IMG/VR virus record: IMGVR_UViG_3300037424_002697
Span: 1 to 56,764 of that record
Source of the DNA: a virus
Taxonomy: Duplodnaviria; Caudoviricetes
DNA length: 56,764 bases
Direction: 5' to 3' (one strand)
The number at the start of each line of letters is the position of its first letter. The stretch's first letter is position 1. The position numbers and the translations under genes were made by a program. This document shows positions 46,775-56,056 of this stretch, piece after piece. The notes beneath the pieces were generated by a model that had not been told where the DNA came from, did not search any database, and saw only the letters and a list, made by a program, of their open reading frames with translations.

Positions 46775-47297
46775 AGTAGTTGGGATTTCGGTGGTTGAAC
46801 GCGTGATAAACAAGATGCCGCCATGACGGGTCGTATTTGACCAGCGTGATTCCGTGTTCAGTGCAGATTTGTTCTGTGTGCTGGTTCCATTTATGGAACG
46901 GCGGAACGAAGACTTTGCACTGAAGGAGCGAGCAGGACATCACAATGCTTAATTCTTGCGCGGCTCGATCCATCAATCGGTGATCGACATGAACCATGCC
47001 GTGGGCGGCCAGCTCACAACCGTTGCAGCGATGAGCGGCAATGCACTGTGGAACACCGACGCGCTGCATCCGGTAAAAGATCCGGTGGTCACTTTCCGTG
47101 TGCCAGATCGTTGGAAAAGTGCGTTCACGATCCAAGGTTTTTTCGCATTCACGCATGTCGAAAACTGCCGGGGATACGGCAAGGATGATACGAAGTTTTT
47201 TGGGTTTGAAGGTGTTACGAAGAAACTGAATCATCTTTTCCAGTTTCTTTGGGTCGGTGTTCAACGAAACGTCGTCAAAGCGAAAGGTGTAGATCAT
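46704..47297 (-). CDS. Polysaccharide deacetylase-like protein (DUF2334-type)
   Basis: FRFDDV, AAHGMVH, FVPPF. Confidence 0.7.
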   Translation of the reverse strand: MIYTFRFDDVSLNTDPKKLEKMIQFLRNTFKPKKLRIILAVSPAVFDMRECEKTLDRERTFPTIWHTESDHRIFYRMQRVGVPQCIAAHRCNGCELAAHGMVHVDHRLMDRAAQELSIVMSCSLLQCKVFVPPFHKWNQHTEQICTEHGITLVKYDPSWRHLVYHAFNHRNPNYYAHTHDFHYQDFCDRFPAENFRL

Positions 47298-47980
47298 GGC
47301 CGTACGCGTGCTCCGACGTGTTTACCTTGAGTTTTTTCATCCATTGGGCTGTGCGCGGGAAAGGGTCTGACATCGTGTTTTCCGTAGAATTCGATGGGTT
47401 TGTAGGTGAACGGCCCGTTGGGTGTAACGACCGTGGTGTTCTGCGGGTACAGGTCGTGGGCGAGTGAATCATTGTCACGCACCAGCGGCCAGATTCTCTG
47501 TTTCAGAAACTCTTGATCGTCGCCCATTTTGCCGGTGACAGGCCAAGCGGCCATGTGCGCGGCAAATTCCGGCCAGTGTCTACAGCCCCACATGCCGCCA
47601 AGAATCGGCACGATATGCTCGTAGTGGTCGCGCATCGTGTGCAGGCGTTTGCCACTTTCCAGCCACGCGGCAACTGCCGCCGCTTCGCGTGGATTTAACC
47701 GGCTGTCAAGGTCACGGCTGACAAAAATTTCGACTTTTGGATCGTACGCAGCTTCAAACCGCCAGAACAGCCCATCGTGAAGCCCGGCAGTTGCACTGCG
47801 AACGTGAACATCAAAACCTGCCTCAATGAGTTCTTCGCGCCAGCGCATCGGCACGTCGGTTCCGCAGTAGATGCGGCATTTCCAGTTGGGGTAGTACAGC
47901 GGGGCCAGTTTGATGTTGTTGGCCGCTCCAACCAAAAAGTTTACATCGGAGCCCCAGACTGAGAATGAAATCACTCTCAT
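47294..47980 (-). CDS. Putative glycosyltransferase
   Basis: ISFSVWG..WRF..SRDLDSRL.PRE..MRDH..GGMWG..DQEFL. Confidence 0.65.
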   Translation of the reverse strand: MRVISFSVWGSDVNFLVGAANNIKLAPLYYPNWKCRIYCGTDVPMRWREELIEAGFDVHVRSATAGLHDGLFWRFEAAYDPKVEIFVSRDLDSRLNPREAAAVAAWLESGKRLHTMRDHYEHIVPILGGMWGCRHWPEFAAHMAAWPVTGKMGDDQEFLKQRIWPLVRDNDSLAHDLYPQNTTVVTPNGPFTYKPIEFYGKHDVRPFPAHSPMDEKTQGKHVGARVRP

Positions 47981-48621
47981 GCAAGTTGGCGGGTTAGGAT
48001 CAGATTTTCGCCGTTCATAGCAAGCGGGTGAAAACCATGTTCCGCTGCCAGTTTAGACATTTCGTGCTGGTGAAAGTCGTGTTCGACGCAGATGATTTTT
48101 GTTTGTTTGAGAACTGTCCATGGGAGCGATCGAAACAGCTCAAGGTTCGTGCTCTCCACGTCGATATTGATAAAATCAAAGTCGAAGCCGAATTTGTCAA
48201 AGAGCATGGTCATCGGCAATGTGTAAACCCAAAAAGCCGTGTAAGTCACTTTCCAGCCCGCTTCCCATTTGGCTTTGTGTGCCGGATTCGTGGTTGAGAT
48301 CGCGTCCCCGCCGCTATCGAACCACTCAACCAGTTTGCTTTGGGAGGCAGCCACGGCGGCATTGACCAGAATAACGTTGGGGTTGTTTTTGTAGCCTTCA
48401 ACCAATTGTGTGAACGGTTTGGGACTTGGTTCAACCAGCACGGCAGACCAACCTGTTTCAATAAGTGCGCGGCTATTACTGAATGCACACGGATCGTAGG
48501 CACCAATTTCAAGTAATCGGCCTTTAGATATGCCTAGTCGTTGTAGTTCGTTTACGATGATTATTTGTTCTTGATTTTGGGAATAGATTTTTTGCGTGTT
48601 ATCCATGCGCGTTTGCACCAT
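47977..48621 (-). CDS. FkbM-family methyltransferase
   Basis: YSQN.E, LEIGAYD..SNS, LVEP, FINIDVE, ICVE. Confidence 0.85.
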   Translation of the reverse strand: MVQTRMDNTQKIYSQNQEQIIIVNELQRLGISKGRLLEIGAYDPCAFSNSRALIETGWSAVLVEPSPKPFTQLVEGYKNNPNVILVNAAVAASQSKLVEWFDSGGDAISTTNPAHKAKWEAGWKVTYTAFWVYTLPMTMLFDKFGFDFDFINIDVESTNLELFRSLPWTVLKQTKIICVEHDFHQHEMSKLAAEHGFHPLAMNGENLILTRQLA

Positions 48622-48721
48622 TCAGAGCGTCTGGTTTTAAATTCTGATGTTCTGAACAAGTGTTTTAAGGTTTTAATCCGTTTGCGTTTGGTGGTTTTTG
48701 TCTGCTTTCGCCCTGTCGATG

Positions 48722-49303
48722 TCAAAGTTTACGGAATATGTTGACGACTCGAAACCGGTGATTGGTGGATTTGACCATGCCGATATGCGCGTCAACGCAG
48801 AACACGTCTTTTCGGTACATGGGCAAAACTTGGTCGAGCCAAACAACAAAACACCCTTTGCGGAGACGGGTTCCAAGCGTGCGCAGGACGGTATTCCGGT
48901 TTACCATTGGCGTTCCGTAATGTTCCGTGTCTTCGGAAGAATAAGCGGGGTCAGCCAGCACGAGGTCAAAGTCTTCCAACGGTACCAGCTTTAGCGTATG
49001 CGCGTCATCCACGATGTCTGGTTTCAGATTGGCGTTGATGTCCACGGTTACGCCGGGAAAGATGGTGGTGTCGACTTTGCCGGAAAACAAATGCAGCGGG
49101 TGTGCTTTATCTGGGAACAGTGCTTTGACCCGGCGCAAATAACCCGCTGGGTAACCGCCGTAAAATTTGGATTTGACTCGATAATCATTACCCATGATCC
49201 AGAGGCCGATCACGCGGTTATCTCCGGCAATGAACAGGGATTTTGGGAATCCTGTGACCCGCTCGTAATTGGCGATCCGGTCTTCCCATGTCAGGTTTAA
49301 CAT
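48722..49303 (-). CDS. Putative DNA amino-methyltransferase (DPPY-like)
   Basis: LHLFSG, VDIN..PD..DA, FDLVLADPAY; GTTCTA 7 nt upstream. Confidence 0.65.
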   Translation of the reverse strand: MLNLTWEDRIANYERVTGFPKSLFIAGDNRVIGLWIMGNDYRVKSKFYGGYPAGYLRRVKALFPDKAHPLHLFSGKVDTTIFPGVTVDINANLKPDIVDDAHTLKLVPLEDFDLVLADPAYSSEDTEHYGTPMVNRNTVLRTLGTRLRKGCFVVWLDQVLPMYRKDVFCVDAHIGMVKSTNHRFRVVNIFRKL

Positions 49304-49340
49304 GGTGCTTAGAACTTGATTTTCTTGTTAAATATTAGGG

Positions 49341-49368
49341 TTGACAGCTATTTTGCGTGGTATACGCT
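49341..49368 (+). promoter_or_regulatory. Sigma-70-like promoter, probably leaderless
   Basis: TTGACA-16nt-TACGCT, 6 nt before ATG 49375. Confidence 0.6.
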
Positions 49369-49374
49369 GTTCGC

Positions 49375-50196
49375 ATGAATGTTGAACTTTTGAAAAAACT
49401 GCTGGCTGTTCCCACATTAAGCTGGCACGAGCAGGCGATGGTGGATTGGCTGGTTCACTACGTGGTCAATAACATTAAGGGCGCGACTGTGACGGTCGAT
49501 CCGGCTCGCAATGTTTACGTCAGCAAAGGCAGCGCTCGGTTTTCGCCTTGTGTTGCCGCGCATATCGACAGCGTTCAACCGCTGCGCAAGGTCTGCATTG
49601 TCGAGGACAGCAACAGACTGATTGGCTTTTTGGGTGATAAACAGGTCGGCATCGGAGCCGACGACAAAGCGGGCGTTTTCGTTTGTTTGAATTTGCTCAA
49701 GCGGTTCAACGACATTCGGGCGGTTTTCTTCGCTACGGAGGAAGTCGGCTGTCAAGGTGCCAAGAAAGCGGATGCCCGGTTTTTTGAGGATCTGGCTTAC
49801 GTGATCGAGTTTGACTGCCCCAGCCACAGCATGGTGTCCTACACATCCTCCGGTGTGCGCCTGTTTGCCAACCGTGGAGACTTCATCCAGACGGCGCTTC
49901 CGGCGCTTCAGAAGCACGGCAGCGTCCTTTGGCAGCGCCATCCTTATACGGATGTCATGGCTGTTCGGAACCGGTTTCCAATTTCTTGTTTGAACCTGTC
50001 TTGTGGTTATTACAACTGGCACGCGCAGGACGAGTACGTGCATCTGCCTGACGTGCAGAAAGCGATCGAGCAGGGGGTGGCGCTGGTGAAAGTGCTCGAC
50101 CATGTGCGCTATGCGTGCCCCATTGATTTGAGCGCTGAATCGGACGAGCCGTTGATTGCGATCGGGCATCTCCATGTTCCAGATCCTTCAGTCTGA
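49375..50196 (+). CDS. M28/M20-type zinc metallopeptidase
   Basis: AHIDSV, GADDKAG, TEEVG, EFD, GYYNWH. Confidence 0.88.
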   Translation: MNVELLKKLLAVPTLSWHEQAMVDWLVHYVVNNIKGATVTVDPARNVYVSKGSARFSPCVAAHIDSVQPLRKVCIVEDSNRLIGFLGDKQVGIGADDKAGVFVCLNLLKRFNDIRAVFFATEEVGCQGAKKADARFFEDLAYVIEFDCPSHSMVSYTSSGVRLFANRGDFIQTALPALQKHGSVLWQRHPYTDVMAVRNRFPISCLNLSCGYYNWHAQDEYVHLPDVQKAIEQGVALVKVLDHVRYACPIDLSAESDEPLIAIGHLHVPDPSV

Positions 50197-51591
50197 TTGG
50201 GTTTGTTCCGCTCCCGCTGCCATGCGGCGTTTAATGTAGCTTTTGCGCCGTGGTTTAGCGTCGTCATCCTCGTCATCTGGTGTGTAATCAATTTCCTGTC
50301 CAACGGTCATGATCATGCGCTGAGGATCGATAGTGCCGTCGTAATGCTTGTAGGCTTCACCGTGCCGGTTAAGGAAGACAAAGTAGCGCACTCGGTCGTG
50401 TTTGTATTCATCGTCCGTGGCGCATAAACCGATGGCCGCGTCCACGATGCCCGCCTTCTCGAAACTCCCCTGAAACGATTTCATGCTGGGCACCTTTTTG
50501 CCGACCGTCTCCCGATTGCATCGGTCAGGCATAATGACGCAGCAACCCAGTTCGGCACCGAGTGCGCGGGCCTGCGTGTAGATGTCAGCCTGTTGCCGCC
50601 AATCAGGCATGTCTTTGTCTACTTTGTCCGGGCGCACTGTTTCCGCGTAGTCGATGACGATAACCTTTGGCTTCAGGTTGAAGATGTCGATGACCTGATG
50701 GGCGTGGGATTTAATTTGGCTGATGGTGGTGCTCTTGGAGGGATAGCCCTTGAACCAGATGTTGCCCCAGAGGTCGCGTTTGGCGGCTTTTTTGCCAGCC
50801 ATGATGCCTTTTTCCGGGGCGGCAAAGAAATCGTCCTGCGTCCAGCCGGTGATGTTGGTCAGCGCCCGCATGGCGGCCAGTTCCTGTGTGATCTCGCAGG
50901 CGTAGTAGAGCACGTCCGCGTCCTGACCTTTGGCGATATTTAGGGCGAGGTTGATAGCGAACGCTGTTTTGTACCGTTTGGGCGGCGCAAGCAGCACCAC
51001 AAGCCAGCCCGGCCCCCAACCGGTTTTCCAAAGTTTGTCGAAGGGTTCGTAGCCGGGCATCACACCGTAATCACGGCTCATTACCTTACGGACGATTTCA
51101 GGAATATCGTGATAGAGCGAGATGCCGAGATCAGCGTAGTTGGTGCCGACGGCAACCGCTTCCTGCATGATTTTTACAGGATCGACATTCTCCATTTTCC
51201 CTTCAGTCTGAGCCGCGTGAATTTTGCGGATGCCGTCGTAGATCGCCCGTTCCTTGGCGAACTTTAACGACAGGTCGAGGATGGCCTTCTTGTCGGACGT
51301 GTCGATGGCGGCCAGTTTCTCGACGTAATCCAGCGTTTCTTTGGCGTGGTCGATGTTTACATTGGCAGTTTTATGGAAGGCAAAGTTACCCAGCGTGCTG
51401 AAGTTGGGATAGGAGCCGTAAACCTTCTTGAACTCGATCAACCGAAACATCAATTCCGAGGCTGCTGGGCCGGTGAAGAACGCGGGCTTGATGATTTCCC
51501 CGAAGGCATGGAATTCCTCCGGGTGGCGGATCAGGCACGCGATGATCGCGTCTTGGAAATCCCCGGTGAAATTGTAAGTTTCCCAGCGCAT
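50188..51591 (-). CDS. DnaB-like replicative helicase
   Basis: LAPPKRYKT (Walker A-like), YYACE, IVIDYAE, LNRHG. Confidence 0.8.
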   Translation of the reverse strand: MRWETYNFTGDFQDAIIACLIRHPEEFHAFGEIIKPAFFTGPAASELMFRLIEFKKVYGSYPNFSTLGNFAFHKTANVNIDHAKETLDYVEKLAAIDTSDKKAILDLSLKFAKERAIYDGIRKIHAAQTEGKMENVDPVKIMQEAVAVGTNYADLGISLYHDIPEIVRKVMSRDYGVMPGYEPFDKLWKTGWGPGWLVVLLAPPKRYKTAFAINLALNIAKGQDADVLYYACEITQELAAMRALTNITGWTQDDFFAAPEKGIMAGKKAAKRDLWGNIWFKGYPSKSTTISQIKSHAHQVIDIFNLKPKVIVIDYAETVRPDKVDKDMPDWRQQADIYTQARALGAELGCCVIMPDRCNRETVGKKVPSMKSFQGSFEKAGIVDAAIGLCATDDEYKHDRVRYFVFLNRHGEAYKHYDGTIDPQRMIMTVGQEIDYTPDDEDDDAKPRRKSYIKRRMAAGAEQTQSD

Positions 51592-51599
51592 CGGCGGGA

Positions 51600-52658
51600 T
51601 TAAGAACGCCGCGTCAGCACTTCATTTCTGCGGGGTGTGAAGTAACTGGGTGCGCCTTGCAGATAAAGCCAGCAGTGATACTGCCTGATCGAAAGCGCGA
51701 GTGATTTCCAAAACTTCATTGGTTCGGTCACAGGTTCGCGTGGGTACAGAAAATCCTCTGGTTGGTGCCGGAAAATGCTGAGAATCTGTTTTACGGCATC
51801 TGGCAGTATTTGCTGGCGGGTAAGCCAAGCGAGACGCTGGTTGGTCATGTGCCGCTTATAGAACGTGTGAACTTGAAAAACGTTAAACCGGTGGCGTTGC
51901 ACGGCGGCGCTGCCTTTGATTTTGCGCTCGATGAAGGGTTTCAAGATGAAGTCCACGTAGCTTTCTTCAATAGCCAGCCATTCCGGGGCGAGTTGGAGTT
52001 CCTCTGTTTCGTAGAGCAGCTCCGCCGCGCCGCTGTTGAAAATCTTGTAGCGTATGAACCATCTGGCGGCGGTGATTTCACTGCTTAACATTGTGGCGGC
52101 CAGATCGTTTTTATCATCGCCGTCGGTGAGCACGGCTAAGCTGGTCAGGCTGAAGGTGCCGAATTGGTTGTGGCACATTTCCTGATAGGTTTTGGCGCGT
52201 TTGATGGATAATTCACCTGTCAACATTTTTGCCCTGAACGGCGTCGCTCGCAGTTTTTCGGTATTTTTGATGACGTGTTCGTTGTGGATTTTGTGCGCGA
52301 CCATGTTGGCGAGCATGAACATTCGCACGGAACAACGAGCTTTTTGAGCGTTGAGCGCCACCACGCTGCGGAACTGGCTAATGTTGTCCAACGCGTTGCG
52401 GTGAAAGACGGACAGGTGACAGTCGGTGTAAAGTCGCTGCAAATGGGGCAGTTCCGGGTCATCCATGTCGAGCGCATCCTCACGGAATTTTTCCGGCACA
52501 ATGTCAAATTTGACGCGATCCAGCGTCACTTTATCGGCCCGAGAGCCCATGTAAACAAGACAGCCTTTGGCGTGCGGGCACGCTTGGCACTGCGGATCAA
52601 AGCGGTCATGCTCCAAACCGTAGCAGGGCAAAGGTGCTTTTTGCGGTTGTCGTTCCAT
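51600..52658 (-). CDS. Hypothetical replication-module protein with N-terminal Cys cluster
   Basis: CYG..CQACPHAKGC; lies between helicase and polymerase; GTTCTT 9 nt upstream. Confidence 0.7.
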   Translation of the reverse strand: MERQPQKAPLPCYGLEHDRFDPQCQACPHAKGCLVYMGSRADKVTLDRVKFDIVPEKFREDALDMDDPELPHLQRLYTDCHLSVFHRNALDNISQFRSVVALNAQKARCSVRMFMLANMVAHKIHNEHVIKNTEKLRATPFRAKMLTGELSIKRAKTYQEMCHNQFGTFSLTSLAVLTDGDDKNDLAATMLSSEITAARWFIRYKIFNSGAAELLYETEELQLAPEWLAIEESYVDFILKPFIERKIKGSAAVQRHRFNVFQVHTFYKRHMTNQRLAWLTRQQILPDAVKQILSIFRHQPEDFLYPREPVTEPMKFWKSLALSIRQYHCWLYLQGAPSYFTPRRNEVLTRRS

Positions 52659-52687
52659 ACACCCCCAAGAACACCGTTCTTTTCACT

Positions 52688-55600
52688 GTGGCTGAGATAG
52701 AAGAACAGCAGGCTATGCCAACGAAGACACCCGCTACACGGGTGTCAAAAAAGCGCTTTTTCCGGTTGCCGGACGGGACAAAGATTGCTGCTTCGGAGTG
52801 GAAATCCATCAGCAAGCTTGATCGAGATATGCTGATTTACTACCACGGCGAAGAAAAGATCATTGTTCCACCGACTGGTAAAAAGAAGGAAAAAATTGAA
52901 TGGGTTACCTCCTATAATCCTGAGCAGCCGCTGCTCGACAAACCGATCCAGCCCAGTATTCATTCGCCCATTTGTCAGCAGTGCGGGTTGTACGCCCATG
53001 ATTGCCGTAATCCGTTCATGGCGTACGCGGGGGCCGACCAGCCGCTCATCACCATTATTTTTGACGGGGTGACCCGCGCTGAAGACATCCAAGGGGAATT
53101 AGGCAAGGAAGGTAGCCCGGCGGTATTGCGGCGCATCATTCAGGAATCCAGCAATGAAACCGGAGTGACGCTCAAGGATGTGCGCTGGGTGCCGATGACC
53201 CGCTGTACGAACTGGTTGAAAAAACAGGTTGATTTGAAGCCTCGCGGTAATTGGTGCCGTTACCATGTCATTGATGATTTGATGCGTCATCCACCCACGC
53301 TCATCATGCCGGTTGGCACTACGGCGCTGGGTTTGCTTTCACATAAGTCCAATGCGCAGGAATGGTCGGGCCGTCTGCTTACGTATCGCGGTTGGCCGGA
53401 TGATTGGCTGATGCAGGAAAAGTACGCGTTGCCGCGCTTTGACCCACGCGGGCAGGAGGTTGTTGGACACCCGCTTTTTGGCTCCGTGCCGGATTGGCGA
53501 ATTCCGATGGTGCCCATTCAGGCTCCACGGCTCATTTTTGCGACGCAAAATCCAGTTGTTTACACGCGCTGGCAGAAAAGCATCGTGGACGCGCTCAAGC
53601 TGGCGCGGGCAGGCGTAAAAGCGCTCAACTATACGCGGGAGTGGTACCGCTGGACGGAGGACGAGCAAACCATTGAGTATGTACTGACGCAACTGCTTCA
53701 ACATCCGGGCATTGAACTTTGCTACGACACGGAAACCACGGGACTTCGCGGCTGGGCACCTAATGCCGCCATCGTCAGCATCATGTTCCGCTGGACTGAT
53801 CCGGCAACGGGACAGCCGCGTTCGCTGGGGTTCCCGTGGGACTATGGCCCTACGCAGGAACATCCTGACTGGCCTGAAAGCCCGATTCGACCACACATAC
53901 CAAGGCTGAAATTACTTGTTTGGAAGGTGCTCACGCAGTCAACGTTAATTGGCCATAACCTGACGTTCGACATGCTGTACACTTTTGCGGCGTTCTGGCG
54001 CACAAAGTTGCTGGGCTGGGATGACACGGCGTTTAATCGTCGGCGCGATAGCTGGATCACCAAACTGGCAAATGCCTGCAAGTACGATACGTGGCACATG
54101 GCTTTCGCGCTTCAGCAGCGCCGTGGCAGCCTTGGTTTGGAAGTGCTCGCTTACGATTGGGTGCCGGATCTGGCTGGGTACGAGGAAGACATGACCCTTC
54201 TCATTGGGTTGCACTACGAAATGATGCATCCTGCCGCGAATAAAGGTGGCCATTACCTGAATTGTCCGGTTGAAAAACGTCAGACGCATCTGGTGCCTTA
54301 CGTCATGGGTGACGTGGAAGTATGCCATCAAGCTCACAGTAAGATTCGCCGGAAGCTGGGCATGGCCAATGTTTACGAGTTCCCGCTGGCGCACCCGGAA
54401 ACACCGGGGCGCTTTCGTTATTTTACGCCGCCGGGCCGTGATTGGGTGTACGAGAAAATCATGTCTCCGGCGGCCCGAGTGTTGATGAAAATGATGGCAC
54501 GCGGCCTGTACATCGACGAGGGCATGCTGACTGAGATGGAGACGAACATGCCCAAGGAGATCATGAGTCTCCGTGAATCGTTGAAGACTGTCGATCCGCG
54601 TATTGAAGCATGGTGTGAAAAGCAAAAAGCGCTGGATACCGCGTGGGAACTTGATTTGGAGAATAAAGGCCAGCTCAAGGATTTGCTGTTTACGTGCCTC
54701 CATTTGCCAGTGCTGCGCTTTACCAAACAGGGCCGCAAGTTGCTGGGGGATGACGTGCCTGCCGCCAAAGAGGCCATGACCAAGGCGATCATCGCGGAAA
54801 AACCGGAGCTGAAGGATGACGCGGTTCAGTTGAATCTGGCGGTTGAAAAGCAACTTCAAGAAGTGGCGGCTGTAGACAAATTTACGCTTAACAAAATCTG
54901 CGCGGAGTTTGATTACCTGCGGCCACTGCAAAAGTACCGCAAGACGTATAAACTCTACAGCACTTATGTTCGCCCGCTCAAAAACCTGTTCAGTGCCGGG
55001 CTGGATAAAAAACAGCGCACATCGGACCCTCACTTGTGCTTTGACCAATGCATCCATGCCAGTTTTCTGTTGACGGGCACTCGTGGTGGCCGGTTGAGCT
55101 GCCGTGATCCGAACCTTCAACAGTTGCCGCGTGACGGCATTGTGAAGTCCATGTTCGTGTCGCGATTTGGAGCGCGGGGCTGCATGTATCAGGGTGACCT
55201 GTCCCAGATTGAGTTGCGCCTCATGGCGGCGGCCTGCGGTGATCCGACGATGGTGAAGGCTTATTTCGACGATGTTGATCTTCATTCCTTGACGGCCAGC
55301 CGCATTTACAACGTGCCCTACGATCACTTCACGAAGGAGTACATGAAGGAATTGCAGGATAATGGACGCGATGAGGAAGCCAAAAAGTTGGAGTTGGATC
55401 GCGTTACCGCTAAGACGGTCAACTTTTTGACGGGTTACGGCGGTGGAGCGTTTGGCCTCCAAAACGTTCTGGCGATGAAGGACATCTACAAAAAAATTGA
55501 GGAATGCCAAGAAATTATCGAGCTGTTTTTCGATTCGTACCCGTCCCTGCGCCGGTTGCTGATGGAGTACAAGCGCTTCATTCTCGACACGCACGTCGCG

Positions 55601-56035
55601 GTATCCCTGTTCGGACGCGTGCGCGTGTTCGAGGAAGTGCGGGGTGATGATGAGGAAGCCAAAGCCAAGGCGCTGCGGGCTGGTTGTAACCACCTGATTC
55701 AATCGACGGCCTCGGATATGATGTTGACAGCATTGGTGGTCATCGAAGACATGATGCGGGCGGAGGGTTTGGAATCATTGCTGGTGTCCACGGTTCACGA
55801 TTCACTGGTCATTGACGCGGTGCGTGAAGAACTGCCCATGGTTCACGGCATCGTGACGGACGTGCTCAATAATTTTCCTGATGTATTCAAGTGGAAGTTC
55901 GGTGAGAACTACGACACGTCGTGGATGATCGTGCCGTTCACTGGTGACTGCGAAGTTGGACCTGATTACCTGAGCGTGCGAAAAATCCCCAAGAAGGACA
56001 TCGACTGGGATAAGCTGCTTGCTCCGGCGGCTTGA
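52688..56035 (+). CDS. Family A DNA polymerase with N-terminal uracil-DNA-glycosylase-like domain and 3'-5' exonuclease
   Basis: UDG-like CQQCGL..C..TRC..C; exo DTETTG, GHNLTFD, YVMGD; pol motifs DLSQIELR, AKTVNF..YG, VHDS; start moved to GTG 7 nt after GTTCTT. Confidence 0.92.
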   Translation: MAEIEEQQAMPTKTPATRVSKKRFFRLPDGTKIAASEWKSISKLDRDMLIYYHGEEKIIVPPTGKKKEKIEWVTSYNPEQPLLDKPIQPSIHSPICQQCGLYAHDCRNPFMAYAGADQPLITIIFDGVTRAEDIQGELGKEGSPAVLRRIIQESSNETGVTLKDVRWVPMTRCTNWLKKQVDLKPRGNWCRYHVIDDLMRHPPTLIMPVGTTALGLLSHKSNAQEWSGRLLTYRGWPDDWLMQEKYALPRFDPRGQEVVGHPLFGSVPDWRIPMVPIQAPRLIFATQNPVVYTRWQKSIVDALKLARAGVKALNYTREWYRWTEDEQTIEYVLTQLLQHPGIELCYDTETTGLRGWAPNAAIVSIMFRWTDPATGQPRSLGFPWDYGPTQEHPDWPESPIRPHIPRLKLLVWKVLTQSTLIGHNLTFDMLYTFAAFWRTKLLGWDDTAFNRRRDSWITKLANACKYDTWHMAFALQQRRGSLGLEVLAYDWVPDLAGYEEDMTLLIGLHYEMMHPAANKGGHYLNCPVEKRQTHLVPYVMGDVEVCHQAHSKIRRKLGMANVYEFPLAHPETPGRFRYFTPPGRDWVYEKIMSPAARVLMKMMARGLYIDEGMLTEMETNMPKEIMSLRESLKTVDPRIEAWCEKQKALDTAWELDLENKGQLKDLLFTCLHLPVLRFTKQGRKLLGDDVPAAKEAMTKAIIAEKPELKDDAVQLNLAVEKQLQEVAAVDKFTLNKICAEFDYLRPLQKYRKTYKLYSTYVRPLKNLFSAGLDKKQRTSDPHLCFDQCIHASFLLTGTRGGRLSCRDPNLQQLPRDGIVKSMFVSRFGARGCMYQGDLSQIELRLMAAACGDPTMVKAYFDDVDLHSLTASRIYNVPYDHFTKEYMKELQDNGRDEEAKKLELDRVTAKTVNFLTGYGGGAFGLQNVLAMKDIYKKIEECQEIIELFFDSYPSLRRLLMEYKRFILDTHVAVSLFGRVRVFEEVRGDDEEAKAKALRAGCNHLIQSTASDMMLTALVVIEDMMRAEGLESLLVSTVHDSLVIDAVREELPMVHGIVTDVLNNFPDVFKWKFGENYDTSWMIVPFTGDCEVGPDYLSVRKIPKKDIDWDKLLAPAA

Positions 56036-56056
56036 CCGCGTATTTACTGGTAGCAA

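Noticed and set aside
53945-55702. 585-aa antisense ORF, and similar ones at 30087-31343, 37428-38177 and 49417-50175
   Set aside because: Shadow frames of well-supported genes, with no recognisable motifs.
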